This document shows, in pieces, positions 10,756 to 20,472 of a stretch of 64,000 bases of DNA. Numbering within the stretch: position 1 is the stretch's first letter; each line of letters begins with the position of its first letter. The stretch spans positions 468,466 to 532,465 of the forward strand of contig CP064974.1 of NCBI GenBank assembly GCA_016699385.1, written 5' to 3'. Origin of the DNA: Candidatus Moraniibacteriota bacterium (lineage in GTDB: Bacteria; Patescibacteriota; Minisyncoccia; Moranbacterales; UBA1568). The position numbers and the translations under genes were made by a program. Below the pieces are notes generated by a model. That model did not search any database. It was not told where the DNA came from and saw nothing but the letters and a program-made list of their open reading frames with translations.

Positions 10756-11553
10756 CTATCGCTCTCGAGCAACATTCCTCTTGAATTCTCGATTGAAATC
10801 ATCGAGTGCGGACGTGACAATTGGGTCGAAACGATCGCTAAAATTCTTCTCCCGAACATAGTTCGCTGCTGCAAGAAGAGACTCGTGCGTTCCGGCATCG
10901 AAATACGCCCCGTCAATCAATCTAACATCAAGCTCGCCCCTCCCGAGATACGCTCGATGCATATCGACGATTTCAAGCTCGCCTCGCTTAGAGAGCGAAA
11001 GTGTTTTTGCAATATCTGACGCGCGCCCGTCGAAAATATACATGCCGGGAATCGCAAAATGACTTTTTGGATGTTTTGGTTTTTCTTCAATCGAAATAGC
11101 CCGCCCACTCTCCTGGTCAAACTCAACGACCCCAAATCGCTCCGGATCAACGACTTCCTTTGCAAATATCCGTCCACCTGATTGAAAACTTCGAACCGCT
11201 TCACTGAAATCATCTTCGAAAATATTATCACCCAAAATGAGTGTTGACGCACCCTCATCAAGGAAGTCTTCCGCCAAAAGATACGCCTCCGCAATACCTC
11301 TCGGCTCTTTCTGTACCACAAAGGAGATATTCACCCCTTGCCCGCGAAATATCGATCCCAGGAGATTGAGAAAGCTCCCCGAATATTCTGGTGCGACAAT
11401 AATAAGGATATCTCGAATACCCGCTGATACGAGCGTATTGAGCGGGTAGAAAATCATCGGTCGGTCATAGATCGGGAGGAGTTGTTTCGAAATGACCGCC
11501 GTGAGCGGAAGGAGTCGCGTGCCATTTCCTCCAGCAAGAATAATACCTTTCAT
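10756..11553 (-). CDS. rfbA: glucose-1-phosphate thymidylyltransferase
   Basis: MKGIILAGGNGTRLLPLT...SKQLLPIYDRPMIFYPLNTLVSAGIRDILII and DPERFGVVEFD nearly identical to the RfbA consensus. Confidence 0.85.
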   Translation of the reverse strand: MKGIILAGGNGTRLLPLTAVISKQLLPIYDRPMIFYPLNTLVSAGIRDILIIVAPEYSGSFLNLLGSIFRGQGVNISFVVQKEPRGIAEAYLLAEDFLDEGASTLILGDNIFEDDFSEAVRSFQSGGRIFAKEVVDPERFGVVEFDQESGRAISIEEKPKHPKSHFAIPGMYIFDGRASDIAKTLSLSKRGELEIVDMHRAYLGRGELDVRLIDGAYFDAGTHESLLAAANYVREKNFSDRFDPIVTSALDDFNREFKRNVARER

Positions 11554-11672
11554 ACAGGAATAATCCCCCAAAGTATACTGTCAAATCAGAAAAGTGCCAT
11601 TTTAAAGCATCTGTAGTATACTCTTATTAAACCTTTCCTCAAAGACACTTCCAAAAGTACTCTTCCTTCATC

Positions 11673-13127
11673 ATGAAAATCGTTCGTCATCCAGCATTTC
11701 TCATCACCCTCCTCCTCACCGTCTTTTTCCTTAAGGGCGTGTTCTTGGCGACGCTTTTCCCGATATTCACCGGGCAAGACGAAGCGCGACACTACAATAC
11801 GCTTCAGTACCTCAATCAACCCGAGATACCCACCGAGCAGACAACTCACCGCCTTCACATTCAAAACAAAGAAGATTTCTCCGATTACAATTTCTCTGAG
11901 GAAATCGTCAATACTGGGAAAACTGCCGGAATAGATGATTTACGCCACGGACTCTTCGATACCCAACGGTTCGTCCCGGAGAGCTTCGATGGAGCAAATG
12001 AATCAGAGATTACCCGACAAACCTGGAAGCCCTATAATTTCACCACGCCAGCAGACGTCGTCGGATCGAAAAGTCTCTATCACACGATTGCCGGCGCTAT
12101 CGAGTCAACGCTCTCACAACAAGACATTCTCACCCGATTCTATGCCATTCGAATTTTCTCCGTCCTCCTTGGGACAATCGCCGTATTTCTCACTTTCCTT
12201 ATTGCAAGATCACTTCAATTTGACCATTTTATCAGCACTCTCTTGGCAGCGCTCGTCGCCTTCCAGCCAAAGTTTTCGATGTACCTGACCAATATCAATT
12301 ATGATGCCCTCCTTATCCCAACATTCTTTCTCTTCACCTGGGGAGGTGTCATAAGTATACAGAAGGGACTCAACTGGAAAAATTTCAGCATCATGTTCCT
12401 CGCTGTTGTTATCGGACTCCTCACCAAAGGCACGGCAATCGTGCTTCTCATGGCTTTCCTCGGAATCATTTTCTATCATTCCTACCGCTTTATACGCGCC
12501 CGGCATCAGTTCAAGATTACCTTCCTTAGAAGCGTATTTGCAGCACTTTTTATCATTGGCATCGTTGCATTATCAAGCGGACGATATCACTACACAACGC
12601 TCATCCCAATCGGCACGTCATTCTCCGTCACCGCAACATCACTCGGACAATATCTCGACAAAAGCCTCACCTTTGGACGATTCGGACTCTCGTCTCGCAC
12701 CTATTGGGGATCCCTCGGATGGAATGACGATTTCCTAGCACGCCACTTCACAGATATACTTTGGCCACTCGAGGAAATCGCCATCGTCGGTATCATTCTC
12801 TTCCTTTTCAGCAAGAAAAAACCCAACTTCCTCCCAGAGAAAAAGCCTGTCATATTTCTTATTGCCATGATTATCGCGCTTCAGTTTGGCATTCGCGTAG
12901 CAGATTGGAATGTATTCGCACATACCGGATCGCTCGACCTCGGCACGCCCGGGCGCTATTTCCTCCCCAATCTCGCAACTCATCTCATTCTTGTTTTCCT
13001 CGGAATCGGCACGCTTCTCGGAACACGCGAACGATTCAAAAATATTCTGCTCGGCGGAGTTATCTTCATGTGTTTCTTCTCAATGTTTCTCACTCTCGAT
13101 ATCATTCTCCCGAGATTCTATCTCTAA
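11673..13127 (+). CDS. polytopic membrane protein (GT-C-like glycosyltransferase candidate)
   Basis: 484 aa with >10 hydrophobic segments and a periplasmic loop, in glycan cluster; family assignment uncertain. Confidence 0.5.
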   Translation: MKIVRHPAFLITLLLTVFFLKGVFLATLFPIFTGQDEARHYNTLQYLNQPEIPTEQTTHRLHIQNKEDFSDYNFSEEIVNTGKTAGIDDLRHGLFDTQRFVPESFDGANESEITRQTWKPYNFTTPADVVGSKSLYHTIAGAIESTLSQQDILTRFYAIRIFSVLLGTIAVFLTFLIARSLQFDHFISTLLAALVAFQPKFSMYLTNINYDALLIPTFFLFTWGGVISIQKGLNWKNFSIMFLAVVIGLLTKGTAIVLLMAFLGIIFYHSYRFIRARHQFKITFLRSVFAALFIIGIVALSSGRYHYTTLIPIGTSFSVTATSLGQYLDKSLTFGRFGLSSRTYWGSLGWNDDFLARHFTDILWPLEEIAIVGIILFLFSKKKPNFLPEKKPVIFLIAMIIALQFGIRVADWNVFAHTGSLDLGTPGRYFLPNLATHLILVFLGIGTLLGTRERFKNILLGGVIFMCFFSMFLTLDIILPRFYL

Positions 13128-13198
13128 GAAATCACTAGAGAAACATCAAAAGGTTATTCTTTTGAAAGACAACCCGCTTTCCTTAAGAGACGCTAAAA

Positions 13199-13918
13199 AT
13201 GAAGAACCAGTCAACTATGTTTCAGAACCTCTCACAAAAAATATTCCTCATCTCCATCATTGGATTCACGGCTATCGTGATTGTAAACCTTGCACACCAA
13301 TGGGGATTTCCTGATACGCAGTTCCCACTCGAAAAGAGCGAGAAAGTAAAGCTCGATGAAACCGGAGCAACACAAACATTTATCGCCACTCGTAACGAGC
13401 TCTCAGGCATAAACATTCTCTTCGGCGGATCACAGACCAAGAACGGTGGGATGCTGTCAATTGCCCTTCTCGATGCATCTTGCCAAGAAAAAATTGTTGA
13501 GCAGAAAGGTTTCACAACATCATTTGATACAGAAAATTCCTTTCGATTCTCTTTTCCTTCCATCTCTGATTCCAAAGGAAAAACATTCTGCCTCACAACA
13601 CACTTCGCACCAGCAAAAGGCTCCAAGAAAGCTGCTATCTTTGTCACCACCAACACTCTCCCTCAAGAAGCACTCTCGCTTTCCATAAACGGGGAGATAC
13701 GCCCCAATGAATCACTCTCATTTCGCCCCGTCTATCGAAACAAAACGCTCCTTGCTGATTTCGTCGAGCTCAATCAGAGAATATCACAGTACAAACCCTG
13801 GTTTCTGAAAGGCGTCCCTCTTGCAATCATCACCATATTCTCAATAGGACTTACCCTCGTCTTCCTTATACTGGCAATCACCAAAGATTCAGCCAAAGAA
13901 AGTAGCAAAGAAAAATAG
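13199..13918 (+). CDS. hypothetical membrane-anchored protein
   Basis: 239 aa; N-terminal and C-terminal hydrophobic helices; no recognizable family. Confidence 0.4.
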   Translation: MKNQSTMFQNLSQKIFLISIIGFTAIVIVNLAHQWGFPDTQFPLEKSEKVKLDETGATQTFIATRNELSGINILFGGSQTKNGGMLSIALLDASCQEKIVEQKGFTTSFDTENSFRFSFPSISDSKGKTFCLTTHFAPAKGSKKAAIFVTTNTLPQEALSLSINGEIRPNESLSFRPVYRNKTLLADFVELNQRISQYKPWFLKGVPLAIITIFSIGLTLVFLILAITKDSAKESSKEK

Positions 13919-14021
13919 TTCTTTCCCAGTACATCCATTCGAAATTTATACGAATACACAAAAGAGGTGGCATCAACCACCTCTTTTTTCATCCCGAATT
14001 CCTCTCAAAAAGAGAAGTCTC

Positions 14022-14972
14022 CTACACCTGATAATATTCCCGGTACCAATCAACAAAGTTCTTTATACCAACATCAATGCGAGTGGTTGGCGCCCAACCA
14101 AGCATGCGCAGTTTCGAAATATCGGCAACGGTCGAAGGCACATCGCCTGGTTGCATGGGCATCATTTTCTTCTCCGCGGTCTTCCCAATATTCTTTTCAA
14201 TAACTTCGATAAACCGTGTCAATTTTTCCTCCGCATCACCACCAATATTCATAACCCCAACAGGAAGATTAGCATCCAAAACCGTAATCGTCCCCGAAAC
14301 AATGTCATCAATATAGGTGAAATTCCTTGTCATCTTCCCAAAATTGTATACCTCTATAGGCTTCTCCTCAAAGATATTCTTCGTAAAGTTGAAGAGTGCC
14401 ATATCAGGGCGTCCCCATGGACCATAGACCGTAAAGAATCGCAGTCCCGTTGTTGGAAGTCCATAGAGATGACTCCATGTGTGAGCAAAAAGCTCATCTG
14501 CCTTTTTACTTGCAGCATATGGTGAAATCGGACTATCCACAGAATCATTCTCGGAAAACGGGATTTTCTCATTACCACCATAAACCGATGATGAAGAGGC
14601 GTAGACAAAATTCTGTACATCATGTTTCCGAGCCGCCTCGAGCAAAACGAGAGTTCCATTTATATTCACATCCGCATACAAAAACGGATCCTTGATTGAA
14701 TTCCGCACTCCCGCCATTGCCGCCAAGTGCACCACCTTCTCTATTTTTTCTTCCAAGAATATATTTTCAACCAACGCTGTATCACGGATGTCACCTTCGT
14801 ACAATTTGAAGTCAACGCCCTTCAAAAATACAGCGATACGATCCCGCTTGAGCTGCGGGTCATAGTAGTCATTGAAATTATCGAGAATCACCACGCGATC
14901 ACCACGCTCAACCAATCGCTTCGTCACCGCCGAACCGATAAACCCCGCCCCTCCAGTCACCAAAATATTCAT
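14022..14972 (-). CDS. NAD-dependent nucleotide-sugar epimerase/dehydratase (UDP-glucuronate 4-epimerase-like)
   Basis: MNILVTGGAGFIGSAV Rossmann motif; YxxxK region (YAASKKADE). Confidence 0.8.
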   Translation of the reverse strand: MNILVTGGAGFIGSAVTKRLVERGDRVVILDNFNDYYDPQLKRDRIAVFLKGVDFKLYEGDIRDTALVENIFLEEKIEKVVHLAAMAGVRNSIKDPFLYADVNINGTLVLLEAARKHDVQNFVYASSSSVYGGNEKIPFSENDSVDSPISPYAASKKADELFAHTWSHLYGLPTTGLRFFTVYGPWGRPDMALFNFTKNIFEEKPIEVYNFGKMTRNFTYIDDIVSGTITVLDANLPVGVMNIGGDAEEKLTRFIEVIEKNIGKTAEKKMMPMQPGDVPSTVADISKLRMLGWAPTTRIDVGIKNFVDWYREYYQV

Positions 14973-16162
14973 AGTCGCGCTCTTAGAAAATTATCATACT
15001 CAGTGTCAATTACCGTATCAGTGATATATTTTTGCACAGCTGTCTCTCGAGCTTTCTCCCCTAGACGTTTCCGCAAACGTTCATCGCAAATAAGTTCGAC
15101 AAGCCTTTCATACCATCCCTGTTCATCTTTGGCAACGAATCCATCTACGCCATCGGAAATCGCTTTTCGAAACGTCTGCGTTGCCGAAGCAACCGTCGGA
15201 ACACTCACAATACCCGCTTCAAAAAATTTCAGTTCGCTCTTCGCCTCGCAAAACGGGTCGCCGATTTCAAGGGGGGCAATATTGATATCGACACGCGCAA
15301 TATTCTTGAAATTCTCGGCACGCGGTACAAAAGAAACGCGATCAATACGGGCGAAATATGCATCAAGCGTATTGGGAAGCACTAATGGTCCACCGATAAA
15401 AAGTCGCAGGTGTGAGAACTCGTCAAGAAGCCGCTTCAGCACCGGCACAACAACCATGAAATCCCGGTCATGCCCCGTTGATCCGCTGAAATATCCTATC
15501 GAGACCTCATTCAAAGACTCGCTTCGCTCCCGATGCTTCTTAGGATTCGATGCCAAAATTTCATCCGCTCTCTCCACATCCTCTCTATTCAATCGGTTTG
15601 GTAGCACAAATACGGGTTTCCCAAAAACACAAAGCCTCTTGGCAAGAAACTCCGTACTCGTTGTCAGGGCGCCAACAGAGGAGTCGTTAAGAAATTCGGC
15701 ACCGACGCCGTGTGCATATTGTCTTCTCTCAAGTGCATTCATCGCCCCATAAGCAGCAGTTTGTTTGAAAAGCACCTCATCAAATACCAAATCATCCGTA
15801 TCGAATATCACTGTCTTTTTTAGTGTCTTCAATCTATCGACAAATGCGGCAATCGTCGGCGTCCACGAAGTTCGGTGAAATACAAAAACCGAAAACTTGC
15901 CCGCAAATCGCGAGAGATACGGAGTATCCTGTGGAGTCACCGCCACGCGGAAACCCCGCAAGCGCAAAGACTCTGCGATATGATGGCAGCGATAGCGAGC
16001 GCTATCGCCGACGCCACTTGCGATAAACAAGACCTCTCCCGAACCGACCCGATGAAAAAACATCGGTATCGAAGCAAGAATCCTTCGACTCCCCTGAACT
16101 ATTCCGTCACGCCGAAGCAATGACCATACCTTGCCGAGTTTTATAAGAAAAGCATTCATCAA
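14969..16162 (-). CDS. glycosyltransferase (GT1/GT4-like)
   Basis: 397 aa; GT-B C-terminal half (GYFSGSTGHDRDF...FFEAGIVSVPTVAS...E-rich helix); 4-nt overlap with epimerase gene. Confidence 0.6.
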   Translation of the reverse strand: MMNAFLIKLGKVWSLLRRDGIVQGSRRILASIPMFFHRVGSGEVLFIASGVGDSARYRCHHIAESLRLRGFRVAVTPQDTPYLSRFAGKFSVFVFHRTSWTPTIAAFVDRLKTLKKTVIFDTDDLVFDEVLFKQTAAYGAMNALERRQYAHGVGAEFLNDSSVGALTTSTEFLAKRLCVFGKPVFVLPNRLNREDVERADEILASNPKKHRERSESLNEVSIGYFSGSTGHDRDFMVVVPVLKRLLDEFSHLRLFIGGPLVLPNTLDAYFARIDRVSFVPRAENFKNIARVDINIAPLEIGDPFCEAKSELKFFEAGIVSVPTVASATQTFRKAISDGVDGFVAKDEQGWYERLVELICDERLRKRLGEKARETAVQKYITDTVIDTEYDNFLRARL

Positions 16163-16170
16163 GAGAATCG

Positions 16171-17484
16171 CTAGAGGTATTTCGCAGGATTGATATGGGC
16201 ACCGGTTGGGATTAAGAGCCCCTTTACACTACTTGATTTAACTATCTCAAACGACTCGCTCGTGTAGACGCCGAAATGCACATGAGATCCTGTTGAATAT
16301 CCCGTCGAACCCATGAGCCCAATCTTTTCTCCGCGATTGACCTTCTCTCCGTTTTTCACCAGTTGTTTGCTCATATGACCATAGAGCGTCGTCAGACCAT
16401 TCTTGTGTTCAATAGCAATCCATTTCCCATAGGCATATTTCCCTTCGTCACCCATGCCAACCACTTTCCCATCTTCAGCAGCGAGAATCGGCGTCCCGAC
16501 CGCATCGGCAAAATCCATGCCGTTATGAAAAGTATACCATTTGGTAAATGTCGTTTTCCCATATTTCTGACTCATGCGCGGATTTTTAACAGGATATCCT
16601 AAAACTCCCGAGCTAAAATTTGGTATGGAACTTAAGTCTATCTTCCCGGCACGTGCCGCATCCAACTGTTCAATTTCATCTTCTATCGCCTTGCGTTGCT
16701 TCTCCAAGTCGGAAACGATATTGCTATACTTCGCCTGATCGGCTGCTGCCTGTGCAGCAAGCGTTTCCTTGTTGCGTCGAGAATTTTCCAGATAGGCATT
16801 TTGCTGTTCGAGTTGGAATTTCACACTGGCGATTTCCACCTTCTTTTCACTTGCCAGTTCATGCTCATTGATGAGCGCATTTCGAAGGTTCGTTATACCG
16901 GAAAGCGTTTCTCTGACACCTGCACCTGCCTCGAAGAGGTGGTCGCGACCAAGTATGAGACGACCGAAATCCTCCGAAGATGAGAGAAAGAGTGACGGTA
17001 CGCCCGTTGCCTGCGTCTGAGAGTCGTAGTATGAGCGGAGAATATCCGCAAGGAGACTCTTCTGAACAGTAATTATCTTTTCCTTTTCATCCACTCGAGA
17101 TTCGAGCGATTCGATTTGCTGTCCCAAATCAGCCAATCGGCGTTCATTGCCCGTAATATCTTCTTGAAGAGCATCCGCCTGAACCGCCAAATTCTCTGCC
17201 TGAGTAGACAGCTGGTCACGCTCTTTATCCTTTAGGCTAACTATTTTTTGGTATGTCTTTATCTTATCTTTCAGCGCATCTAATATATCTTGTTTCTCAT
17301 TCTGTGCTTTCTTGAGTGCGTCTTCTTGCGCTTGGTTAGGCGGGTTAATCGTTGTGCTAGCGCGAGAAACATTCGGAATGAAAACGAAATACCCAACAGC
17401 AACAAACACTGTCGCCATCGCAAAAGAAAGCCCAAAAAGAAGTTTCTGTATTTTTTTGTCTGATTTTGCTTTCATCCTCACCAT
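16171..17484 (-). CDS. M23 family metallopeptidase with N-terminal coiled coil (EnvC-like)
   Basis: Signal/TM then long coiled coil; C-terminal HNGMDFADAVGTPI...GHMSK...GSTGYSTGSHVHF M23 zinc-binding motifs. Confidence 0.8.
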   Translation of the reverse strand: MVRMKAKSDKKIQKLLFGLSFAMATVFVAVGYFVFIPNVSRASTTINPPNQAQEDALKKAQNEKQDILDALKDKIKTYQKIVSLKDKERDQLSTQAENLAVQADALQEDITGNERRLADLGQQIESLESRVDEKEKIITVQKSLLADILRSYYDSQTQATGVPSLFLSSSEDFGRLILGRDHLFEAGAGVRETLSGITNLRNALINEHELASEKKVEIASVKFQLEQQNAYLENSRRNKETLAAQAAADQAKYSNIVSDLEKQRKAIEDEIEQLDAARAGKIDLSSIPNFSSGVLGYPVKNPRMSQKYGKTTFTKWYTFHNGMDFADAVGTPILAAEDGKVVGMGDEGKYAYGKWIAIEHKNGLTTLYGHMSKQLVKNGEKVNRGEKIGLMGSTGYSTGSHVHFGVYTSESFEIVKSSSVKGLLIPTGAHINPAKYL

Positions 17485-19001
17485 TATAGCACTTTCTCGA
17501 GAAGTGTCCGCGCACTATCAATTCGCCGAAGGGTCGCCTCTTTTCCTATGACCCACGCAATCTCGAAGGGTGGCGGAGACTGTTTCTCACCCGAAAGCGC
17601 CACACGAAGTGGCCAGAGGAAATCCCCACGCTTCTCCCCTGCCGTTTCAAGGAGCGATGATTCCAATCGCTCTCTTGTCCATTCGCTCTCCGGCACCATC
17701 TCAAGCGCCATATGCATTTTCCCAAGCGCAGCAATCGTTTCTTCGCGAGTATTTTTCTTCCAAGGAAGAAGTGACACATCAACAGTCGGCTCAACAAAGA
17801 GGAATTGTACCGCCTCTCCAACATCAGAAAACTTTTGCAATCGATCCTGCTCGATAATCAACACCCGCTCTACATATTCCGACTCTTTCCGTAAAGCATC
17901 AACCGCTTCGAACCATGGTTTCTTTGCGAGAAATGGGAGTGCTCGTGTAAACAAATCTTCAAGAGGGAGATCCTTGATATACTGCGCATTGAGCCAATCA
18001 AGCTTCTTGGTATCAAACACGGCACCCCCTTTGTGAACATGTGAGAGATCAAATGCATCAACAAGTTCACCAAGTGAGAAAATTTCCTGAGTTTTCCCAT
18101 CACCCGGATTCCACCCCAAAAGCGCCACGAAGTTGAGCAAGGCTTCCGGAAGATATCCCTTAGCAAGATAGTCCTCAACTGCCACATCTCCCTGCCGTTT
18201 TGAGAGCTTTGACCGATCCGGATTGAGGAGAAGGGGCAGATGCGCAAACTGCGGAACACTCCACCCAAATGCCTCATAGAGCAAAATATGTTTCGGCGTT
18301 GACGGGAGCCATTCTTCGCCGCGAATCACATGCGTGATGCCCATCAGATGATCATCCACTACATTCGCCAAATGATACGTAGGGAATCCGTCGGATTTCA
18401 TAAGCACCTGATCATCGATTGTCTTGTGGTCAAAGGATACCCGCCCGCGTATCATATCGTCAAACACCACCTCATTCCCTCCTGCATCAACACGCAGTCG
18501 GACGACATGCGCTATGCCAGATGCCAGATTCTCTGTCACAGCATCACCCGACAGATCACGGCAATGCCCGTCATAGCGCGTCGGTTCCTTGCGTGCCTCT
18601 TGCTCTTTGCGAACTGATACCAGTCGCTCTGACGTGCAAAAACACACATACGCCTTGTCAGACCTCACCAATTCATCGACATACTGTTTGTAAATATCCA
18701 GTCGCTCCGACTGCACATACGGTCCACATTCCCCACACGCTTCTCCGCCCTTGGCGGGAATCTTCTGAATTCCCTCATCCCAACCAAAGAACATGCCAAG
18801 TGTCTCGAGAAGCCTCGCTGTCGCATCTTCCACGAAGCGTTTCTGATCGGTATCCTCTATGCGAAGAATAAAGCTCCCGGAATTCTTCCTGGCAAAAAGA
18901 TAATTGTAGAGTGCTGTCCGCAAACTCCCGACATGCAAATACCCCGTCGGCGACGGCGCAAACCGAACACGCACTTCACCTGATTCTATATGATGAGACA
19001 T
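17484..19001 (-). CDS. gltX: glutamate--tRNA ligase
   Basis: VRVRFAPSPTGYLHVGSLRTALYNYLFAR (HIGH-type motif) and KLSKRQG (KMSKS motif). Confidence 0.9.
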   Translation of the reverse strand: MSHHIESGEVRVRFAPSPTGYLHVGSLRTALYNYLFARKNSGSFILRIEDTDQKRFVEDATARLLETLGMFFGWDEGIQKIPAKGGEACGECGPYVQSERLDIYKQYVDELVRSDKAYVCFCTSERLVSVRKEQEARKEPTRYDGHCRDLSGDAVTENLASGIAHVVRLRVDAGGNEVVFDDMIRGRVSFDHKTIDDQVLMKSDGFPTYHLANVVDDHLMGITHVIRGEEWLPSTPKHILLYEAFGWSVPQFAHLPLLLNPDRSKLSKRQGDVAVEDYLAKGYLPEALLNFVALLGWNPGDGKTQEIFSLGELVDAFDLSHVHKGGAVFDTKKLDWLNAQYIKDLPLEDLFTRALPFLAKKPWFEAVDALRKESEYVERVLIIEQDRLQKFSDVGEAVQFLFVEPTVDVSLLPWKKNTREETIAALGKMHMALEMVPESEWTRERLESSLLETAGEKRGDFLWPLRVALSGEKQSPPPFEIAWVIGKEATLRRIDSARTLLEKVL

Positions 19002-19033
19002 ACAAAAAACTTGTTATATATCAAGATACGATA

Positions 19034-19795
19034 TCATCCTCCATTTTTTCCAAAACAACTCTCCTTCAAAACCACCAAGGGGAACACAACAACTGCTCGC
19101 CATATTCTCCGCCATCGCTTTGGTTGGAGGAGAAGTCGCCAGAGCCATTCAATACCAATCATACGAAAAAGTCGTGGCGCCCGAATGACATTGCCGGTCA
19201 AAAAATCAAAAGCGCCACCCACTCCCATTACCAGTCTCACAGATTTCGTGCGTCCCCGCAAGGACTCCAAGAAATATTCTTGTTCTGGCGCCCCAAAGTT
19301 GCAAAGCACAATATGGGAAGATGAAGCATCGAGAAAAATATCACCACCTTTCGCTCTCCATTTTCCATTTTTCAAAACTTCAAACTCATTTCCAACGACA
19401 TTCAACTGCGGATACTTCCTACGAAGCGCTTTCCGAATTTCCTCGAAAGAAGAAAGTCCGTCTTTCCAAATGGCAAGAAACACGCTCAAGTGTCGCCGCT
19501 CTGCCTCTTGCAGAATATCCTCCATCAAATCGGATCCTGGATATCGATGAATCCATTTCCTTCCAAACCATCCCACAAGAGTCACTCCGAAACCGTCCGG
19601 AATACACATATCCGCCGCCAACAAATTCCGCCTGAACAATTCCGATTCCCGAGCAAGAAGTAAGAACTCCGGACCAACCGTCGCAATACGATGGAAAGAA
19701 TTCCCCTTAAGAAACAAGCGAGCGCGAAAGGTAACTTCTCTTTTCGAAAGAACATCAAGAGGGATACCAAAGATGCTGGCGTACATACTACTCAT
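19034..19795 (-). CDS. WecB/TagA/CpsF family glycosyltransferase (GT26)
   Basis: IFGIPLDVLS...PDGFGVTLVGWFG...VFLAIWKDG...NFGAPEQEYF...GVGGAFDFLTGNVIRAPRLFRMIGIEWLWRLLLQPKRWRR match TagA/WecG family; ORF-track 5' extension to 20089 removed. Confidence 0.75.
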   Translation of the reverse strand: MSSMYASIFGIPLDVLSKREVTFRARLFLKGNSFHRIATVGPEFLLLARESELFRRNLLAADMCIPDGFGVTLVGWFGRKWIHRYPGSDLMEDILQEAERRHLSVFLAIWKDGLSSFEEIRKALRRKYPQLNVVGNEFEVLKNGKWRAKGGDIFLDASSSHIVLCNFGAPEQEYFLESLRGRTKSVRLVMGVGGAFDFLTGNVIRAPRLFRMIGIEWLWRLLLQPKRWRRIWRAVVVFPLVVLKESCFGKNGG

Positions 19796-19820
19796 TCGCG
19801 TTATCGCTAAATCGCATCCC

Positions 19821-20384
19821 CTATTCTCCGAGTGGAAATTCTTCAAGCACTTCGTAGTGCAGGCCTTCTGCTTTTGAGAACACGCTTTCGAAAAGCACCA
19901 GACTCGAAACCGGAATGAGTGCTCGCCATGACGACTCCATATCCGGCTTCTCAGGAAGCGCTTCCCATTTCTCTCGACGGACACGAGCAAGGGTAATATG
20001 CGGACGAAAACTCTTCCGAGGTGCAGTCGCAATATCGAGTGCTTCTTCGAGGCGATTGGAAAGTGCGAGCAACTCAGCGCTTTCTTCACCCATAAACCAT
20101 ATCATATTTCCCGTCCCCACAGGCTCACTCTCCTTTGGTGAGAATCCTATTTGATCGAGTATAATATCAAACACTTCGAAAGTCGGGCATATCCCCGCGA
20201 CACGCGAAACAACCGTCGCAATATCCTCATCGCCACGAAAACCGATAAAGAGCACAGTCACATGCAAATTCCGCTCCTTGGTCAAACGAAGGGGGAGCGT
20301 TTTCCACGATTCCATACGAGCCGCAAGTCGCCGCGCCACATCCGCCGGAATACGAATCCCCAAAAATATTTTTCGCGCTTTCAT
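19821..20384 (-). CDS. thpR: RNA 2',3'-cyclic phosphodiesterase (2H phosphoesterase, LigT/ThpR)
   Basis: Two H-x-T-x motifs (HVTVLFIG and HITLAR) with LigT spacing; start taken at internal MKARKIFLGIRIP. Confidence 0.7.
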   Translation of the reverse strand: MKARKIFLGIRIPADVARRLAARMESWKTLPLRLTKERNLHVTVLFIGFRGDEDIATVVSRVAGICPTFEVFDIILDQIGFSPKESEPVGTGNMIWFMGEESAELLALSNRLEEALDIATAPRKSFRPHITLARVRREKWEALPEKPDMESSWRALIPVSSLVLFESVFSKAEGLHYEVLEEFPLGE

Positions 20385-20472
20385 ATCAGGAAATGCAGAT
20401 TCATAATTTACAAAAAGTAAGGCAAAGATTCTTTTTGAGATAGGCTCTAGAAACTCACTCAACTCTCTTATC

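Noticed and set aside
17546-18871. Several 90-160-aa ORFs on both strands within gltX (for example 17548..18036, 18419..18871)
   Set aside because: They are contained in the well-supported gltX reading frame region, their composition is Arg/Ser-rich from GC-skewed antisense frames, and they have no start context.
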